Below are positions 27,496 through 32,000 of a stretch of 32,000 nt of DNA, in pieces. How positions within the stretch are numbered: position 1 is the stretch's first letter; every line of letters starts with the position of its first letter. A model generated the notes under the pieces. The model ran no database searches and was not told the origin of the DNA. It worked only from the letters and a program-made list of their open reading frames with translations. This stretch comes from Raphidiopsis brookii D9 (lineage in GTDB: Bacteria; Cyanobacteriota; Cyanobacteriia; Cyanobacteriales; Nostocaceae). The DNA is taken from contig ACYB01000020.1 in assembly GCA_000175855.1 (NCBI GenBank), positions 60,001 through 92,000 on the forward strand, given 5' to 3'. A program made the position numbers and the translations under genes.

Positions 27496-30111
27496 TTAAC
27501 CAGGAACTACCAGGGGTGAACCACGGAAAGCTAAACGTTCATTTTGGACATCAACAAAAATCCTATCCCCCTCATCAAATTCACCCCGCAAGATGGCCTT
27601 GGCAATTTGAGTTTCTAACTCTCTTTGCAGGGCACGTTTGAGTGGTCTAGCACCAAATACGGGGTCGTACCCAACTTCTGCTAAAAAGTCGAGAGCGGAT
27701 CCAGAAAGTTCTAGAGACATTTTCCTGTCAGTTAATCTTTGTGTGAGTCTTTCTACCTGTAGTTGTACAATTTTCCGCAACTCGGACTTTTGCAAACTGT
27801 GGAAAATAATAATTTCATCAATACGATTGAGAAACTCAGGACGGAAACTATTTCTCATAGTTTCCATGACTCGATGGCGCATTTCATCGTAGCGGGAATC
27901 ATCTCCAGCAACATCAAGAATATACTGGGAACCGATGTTACTGGTCATGATAATAATCGTATTTTTAAAATCCACGGTTCGACCTTGGGAGTCAGTCACC
28001 CGACCATCGTCTAGGATTTGCAGAAAAATATTAAATACATCTGGGTGAGCTTTTTCAATTTCGTCAAATAAAATTACCGCGTAGGGACGACGACGAATAG
28101 TTTCTGTTAATTGCCCACCTTCTTCATAACCAACATAACCGGGAGGGGCACCAATTAATCTAGAAACTGTATGCTTCTCCATATATTCTGACATGTCAAT
28201 TCTCACCAGAGATTCTTCTGTGTCAAACATATAAGCAGCTAGGGCTTTGGCTAATTCTGTTTTACCCACACCCGTGGGTCCTAGGAAAATAAAACTGGCA
28301 ATGGGACGATTGGGATCTGCAAGTCCTGCACGGGAACGTTGAATCGCATCTGCTACTGCAGTTACTGCTTCAGCTTGTCCAACTACGCGCTGATGCAGTT
28401 CCTCTTCTAAATGCAATAATTTTTCTTTTTCCGATTCGACTAATTTGCTAATGGGAATACCAGTCCACTTAGAAATCACTTCTGCAATATCCCCTGGAGT
28501 CACTTCTTCTCGCAATAAAGATTTACCAGTTCTTTGGGTATTGGCCAGTTCGGTTTCGATGTTTTCCAATTGTTCCTGAAGTTCGGGAAGTTTACCATAT
28601 ATCAACTCAGAAGCACGCTCATAATTGGTGATTCTTTGTGCTTGTTGAATTTCTAAATTAATCTTATCAATATCCTCCTTAATCGATTGAATTTTGGTGA
28701 TAATATCTTTTTCCGATTGCCATTGAACCCTCAAAACCGCCTGTTCTTCTTTGAGATCAGCTAGTTCTTTTTCTAGTCTTTCTAAGCGCTCACGAGAAGC
28801 AAGATCACTTTCCTTTTGTAAAGACAACTTCTCCATTTCTAATTGGAGAATTTTGCGATCAATTTCGTCTAATTCTTCCGGTTTAGAGGTAATTTCCATT
28901 TTTAATCTAGCAGCAGCTTCATCCACTAAATCAATAGCCTTATCTGGTAAAAAGCGATCGCTAATATAACGACTAGATAAAGTAGCAGCAGCAACCAAAG
29001 AACTATCAGAAATTCTCACGCCGTGATGGACCTCATACCTTTCTTTTAACCCTCTGAGAATAGAGATTGTATCTGGGACATCTGGTTGATCAACATAAAC
29101 CTGTTGAAAGCGTCTTTCCAAAGCAGCATCTTTTTCAATATATTTCCGATATTCATCTAAAGTTGTGGCTCCAATACAGCGCAATTCTCCCCGTGCCAAC
29201 ATTGGTTTTAACAGATTGCCCGCATCCATTGCTCCTTGGGTAGCACCTGCACCAACCACCGTGTGAATCTCATCTATAAATAATACAATATTGCCACCAG
29301 ATTCGGTAACTTCCTTTAATACGGCCTTGAGTCTTTCTTCAAATTCGCCCCTAAACTTGGCGCCAGCAATTAAAGCTCCCATGTCTAAAGCGATGAGTTT
29401 TCTATCTTTCAAAGATTGGGGTACATCTCCGGCGACTATTCGTTGAGCTAAGCCTTCAGCAATAGCAGTCTTACCCACTCCTGGTTCACCAATTAATACG
29501 GGATTATTTTTAGTTCTGCGGGAGAGAATTTGAATGGTTCTCCTAATTTCATCATCCCGACCAATTACCGGATCCAGCTGACCTTTTTTAGCTGCTTCTG
29601 TGAGGTCACGGCCATATTTTTCCAGTGATTGATATTTTCCCTCTGGACTTTGATCTGTCACTTTTTGACTCCCTCGAATTTGTTTAATAATATTTTTTAG
29701 TTTTGCCTCATCCAGACCCGTTTCTCGCAGTAGATTTTTGCCAAACCGATCATCTTTACAATATCCCAATAATATATGCTCTACAGAAACATATTCATCT
29801 TTGAATTCCTGACGATATTTTTCTGCACGATCCAATAATGTATCTAAACTGCGTCCTAAATATACGGATGTGCTAGTTCCTGATACTTTAGGCTGACGAA
29901 TAATAAATTGCTCAGTATAATCTGTAATTTTTTTAATATTGGTTCCAGCTTTGGTGAAAATTGCATTCCCCAATCCATCTTGTTCTAACAAGGCTTTCAT
30001 TAAATGCTCACTTTCTAGCTGCTGTTGTTCGTACTGTTTGGCTATATCAGGAGTATGAGCAATAGCTTCCCAGGCTTTTTCTGTAAATTGGTTAGGATTA
30101 TTTGGCTGCAT
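27496..30111 (-). CDS. clpB: ATP-dependent disaggregase ClpB
   Basis: 871-aa ORF with a Clp_N domain and two AAA+ modules ([18 protein letters not shown]). A long coiled-coil middle domain lies between the modules. There is no IGF-type ClpP-docking loop. Confidence 0.95.
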   Translation of the reverse strand: MQPNNPNQFTEKAWEAIAHTPDIAKQYEQQQLESEHLMKALLEQDGLGNAIFTKAGTNIKKITDYTEQFIIRQPKVSGTSTSVYLGRSLDTLLDRAEKYRQEFKDEYVSVEHILLGYCKDDRFGKNLLRETGLDEAKLKNIIKQIRGSQKVTDQSPEGKYQSLEKYGRDLTEAAKKGQLDPVIGRDDEIRRTIQILSRRTKNNPVLIGEPGVGKTAIAEGLAQRIVAGDVPQSLKDRKLIALDMGALIAGAKFRGEFEERLKAVLKEVTESGGNIVLFIDEIHTVVGAGATQGAMDAGNLLKPMLARGELRCIGATTLDEYRKYIEKDAALERRFQQVYVDQPDVPDTISILRGLKERYEVHHGVRISDSSLVAAATLSSRYISDRFLPDKAIDLVDEAAARLKMEITSKPEELDEIDRKILQLEMEKLSLQKESDLASRERLERLEKELADLKEEQAVLRVQWQSEKDIITKIQSIKEDIDKINLEIQQAQRITNYERASELIYGKLPELQEQLENIETELANTQRTGKSLLREEVTPGDIAEVISKWTGIPISKLVESEKEKLLHLEEELHQRVVGQAEAVTAVADAIQRSRAGLADPNRPIASFIFLGPTGVGKTELAKALAAYMFDTEESLVRIDMSEYMEKHTVSRLIGAPPGYVGYEEGGQLTETIRRRPYAVILFDEIEKAHPDVFNIFLQILDDGRVTDSQGRTVDFKNTIIIMTSNIGSQYILDVAGDDSRYDEMRHRVMETMRNSFRPEFLNRIDEIIIFHSLQKSELRKIVQLQVERLTQRLTDRKMSLELSGSALDFLAEVGYDPVFGARPLKRALQRELETQIAKAILRGEFDEGDRIFVDVQNERLAFRGSPLVVPG
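28954..28961. repeat. HIP1 palindrome GCGATCGC
   Basis: Exact octamer in clpB, encoding the S-D-R of YISDRF, the position paralogous to the clpC copy. Confidence 0.95.
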
Positions 30112-30212
30112 ATTTTTTCATAACTCATAAACAACTCTGTTTAATTCTAATAGGGGATTCAGCTATTTTGGGATCGGTCTTCCTCTCCTGATAATGTAGT
30201 ATTATCCGGTAC

Positions 30213-31343
30213 TTAAGTTAGAGTCTTTTGCGGCAAATAACCCTCAACTAAACAGTCACAACCAACTGTACGCCAATTAACCCGTTCTAAAACCAAAGAT
30301 TCAGTCATAGAGTTCAAGCCCAAGTCACCAACGGGCGTAGGTGCGTATATACCACCAATAATTTTGGGAGCAATAAAAGCCAGGACTTTTTGCACTGCAT
30401 TTTCGGCAATTGCTCTTGCAGCTAAAGTTCCCCCGCATTCCCACAGCACGGTACAAAAGCCACGCTCATACAGATGAGCCATTACCAGTCCCGGTGTTAA
30501 TAGAGGTAGTTCCAGGACTTCTACACCCTTTTGGAGTAACATTTGCTGAAAATTAGGTGAACTACCTTCCTGAGTCAATACCAAGGTAGGAGCTACCCCG
30601 GTGTCCCAAAGATGGGCATTTTCTGGCAAATTCAAACTAGCACTCATCACTACTCTCAAGGGATTATATCCTGCTTGTTGGTGAGTTGTTAACTGAGGAT
30701 TATCCCGTCTAACTGTATTACCACCAACAATTACAGCATCACAAGCCGCTCTGAGTTGATGAACTTCGCTGCGGGCTTGATTGTTTGTAATCCAAGTGCT
30801 GTGTCCAGAATTACTGGCAATTTTGCCATCTAAGGTCATGGCATACTTCAAAATGCCTAAAGGTTTCTGGTGTAGAATACGATAGACAAAACCTTCATTT
30901 AGTTTCTGACAAGCTTCTTCTTCCACTCCTACAATTACCTCTATACCTGCTGCACGTAGTCTAGCAATACCAGCGCCAGCTACCAATGGGTTAGGATCAA
31001 CCATCCCCACAACGACTTTAGCCACACCCGCGTTAATTAAAGATAGAGAACAGGGAGGAGTCCTTCCATAATGGTTACAAGGTTCGAGACTTACATAAAT
31101 AGTGGCTCCACGAGCCCTTTCCCCAGCAGCTCTCAAGGCAAAAACTTCCCCATGGGGCTCGCCAGCACGAGGGTGAAAACCTTCGCCGACAATTTCCCCG
31201 TCTTTGACCACCACTGCTCCCACTAGGGGATTGGGGGAAGTGCGTCCCAAAGCCAACCGCGCTAATTGTAAACACCTTTGCATCATTAGCGCGTCAAACT
31301 CTATATCTAATATATTTGATGGTACTGTGAGTGGGGTTAACAT
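30213..31343 (-). CDS. ribD: Bifunctional riboflavin biosynthesis protein RibD (pyrimidine deaminase / uracil reductase)
   Basis: 376-aa ORF with the deaminase zinc motifs HGEVFAL and EPCNHYGRTPPC, followed by a C-terminal RibD_C reductase domain (KYAMTLDGKIA...). Confidence 0.9.
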   Translation of the reverse strand: MLTPLTVPSNILDIEFDALMMQRCLQLARLALGRTSPNPLVGAVVVKDGEIVGEGFHPRAGEPHGEVFALRAAGERARGATIYVSLEPCNHYGRTPPCSLSLINAGVAKVVVGMVDPNPLVAGAGIARLRAAGIEVIVGVEEEACQKLNEGFVYRILHQKPLGILKYAMTLDGKIASNSGHSTWITNNQARSEVHQLRAACDAVIVGGNTVRRDNPQLTTHQQAGYNPLRVVMSASLNLPENAHLWDTGVAPTLVLTQEGSSPNFQQMLLQKGVEVLELPLLTPGLVMAHLYERGFCTVLWECGGTLAARAIAENAVQKVLAFIAPKIIGGIYAPTPVGDLGLNSMTESLVLERVNWRTVGCDCLVEGYLPQKTLT

Positions 31344-31386
31344 TAGCTATTTTCCACCTGATAACTACATGATAAATTACAAGTTA

Positions 31387-32000
31387 TTAACTACGAGTTA
31401 ACTTAATAATTTTTTGCCACCAATGATTGAGAGGGTAATACACTACAGGAGCCCAAAGACTGCTAAGAATAGCAGAAGAAAGAGTAGATCTCTGGTAGTA
31501 TATCCGAATATCCTCGATCATCTCGAAACAATTAGGTCTACAACTATTATTCGTAAAGAATAACTGAACAACAAAAACAGTGTTTGATATAAGAACCATG
31601 ATAAATACTATCAAGGCAATGGAAATAAAATCCTCCTTAATAAAACGCTGTTTTTGCAGTCGACTAGTTAGTATTCCTACAATTGCTAGGCTCAAGGCGT
31701 GGGAAGGATGAGGTGCTGTTAAAGCATCTTGCAACAATCCCACAATTATACCCGCGAATGCACCAGCAATCGTGGGACGTTTGACACTCCAAGCCACTAG
31801 CCAAATCAATGGCCAGTTAGGTGCTATTCCCAATAGCTCTGTACCCAAAAATCTGGTTGGTGACATTAACAAGCATGCAAGCGCGGATGCAAATATAACT
31901 ACCCAATTCAAACCTTTGCGTAACCAAGGGTACCAGTCCTTCAGTGGGGGAATTAAGGGCTTTGATTCTTGGTGTTTTTTGCTTGGATCGTTATTTTTAC
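31387..32000 (-). CDS. mreD: Rod shape-determining protein MreD (5' end probably beyond the window)
   Basis: A polytopic hydrophobic protein with an MreD-like pattern (GIAPNWPLIWLVAWSVKR, GLLQDALT). The track start is TTG 31911, but the same frame stays open to position 32000 (…KNNDPSKKHQESKPLIPPLKDWYPWLRKGLNWVV). The real start is therefore unresolved. Confidence 0.7.
   Translation of the reverse strand, partial: KNNDPSKKHQESKPLIPPLKDWYPWLRKGLNWVVIFASALACLLMSPTRFLGTELLGIAPNWPLIWLVAWSVKRPTIAGAFAGIIVGLLQDALTAPHPSHALSLAIVGILTSRLQKQRFIKEDFISIALIVFIMVLISNTVFVVQLFFTNNSCRPNCFEMIEDIRIYYQRSTLSSAILSSLWAPVVYYPLNHWWQKIIKLTRS

Noticed and set aside
3670-30111. An apparent proteostasis island: clpC, dnaK/dnaJ/J-protein, clpR/paralog/clpP3 and clpB all lie within 27 kb.
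   Set aside because: These genes are interspersed with unrelated housekeeping genes (lysA, uppS, glgA, rpsU, rsmI) on both strands and have separate promoters. The region has no mobility genes, flanking repeats or tRNA. This is more likely chance co-location of core genes than a functional island. Only the clpR-to-clpP3 tandem and the dnaK cluster are treated as units.
1-32000. I looked for CRISPR arrays, tandem repeats, IS elements, integrases, toxin-antitoxin pairs, tRNA/rRNA genes and known defence gene signatures.
   Set aside because: I saw no regularly spaced direct repeats, no transposase or integrase-like ORFs, no tRNA-like T-arm motifs, and no gene in the track with nuclease, helicase or methylase defence-type motifs. 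Absence is judged by eye only. tRNAscan, Rfam and defence-finder scans would be the decisive checks.

Overview
This window reads as core chromosome from a filamentous, Nostocales-like cyanobacterium. The support is 12 perfect HIP1 palindromes (GCGATCGC) and cyanobacteria-typical genes: clpR/clpP3, a GlgA2-type glycogen synthase, a DnaK3-type Hsp70, a CrtI/CrtO-like oxidoreductase, and a glycine-rich RRM protein next to rpsU. I can support about 31 protein-coding loci on both strands. They cover proteostasis (clpC, dnaK-dnaJ plus a membrane J-protein, clpR/extra paralog/clpP3, clpB), glycogen metabolism (GH57, glgA), lysA-cdaA-uppS, ribD, mreD, rsmI, rimI and two rpsU paralogs. I found no rRNA, tRNA, CRISPR array, transposase, integrase or phage genes, and no defence-island-like architecture. 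I therefore do not claim a novel multi-gene system. The best leads are: (1) an extra catalytically degenerate ClpP-family gene between clpR and clpP3 that looks mosaic; (2) two genes (GH57 and a vWA protein) each split by a single-base frameshift at a short homopolymer; (3) a 59-aa second rpsU missing from the ORF track; (4) a DnaK3-type Hsp70 with a low-complexity tail ending DDDDDDWL, followed by two J-proteins and a small conserved gene; (5) a PfkB kinase and IMPase-family phosphatase joined by a GTGA overlap. All family assignments come from motifs read by eye in the supplied translations. No database searches were run.
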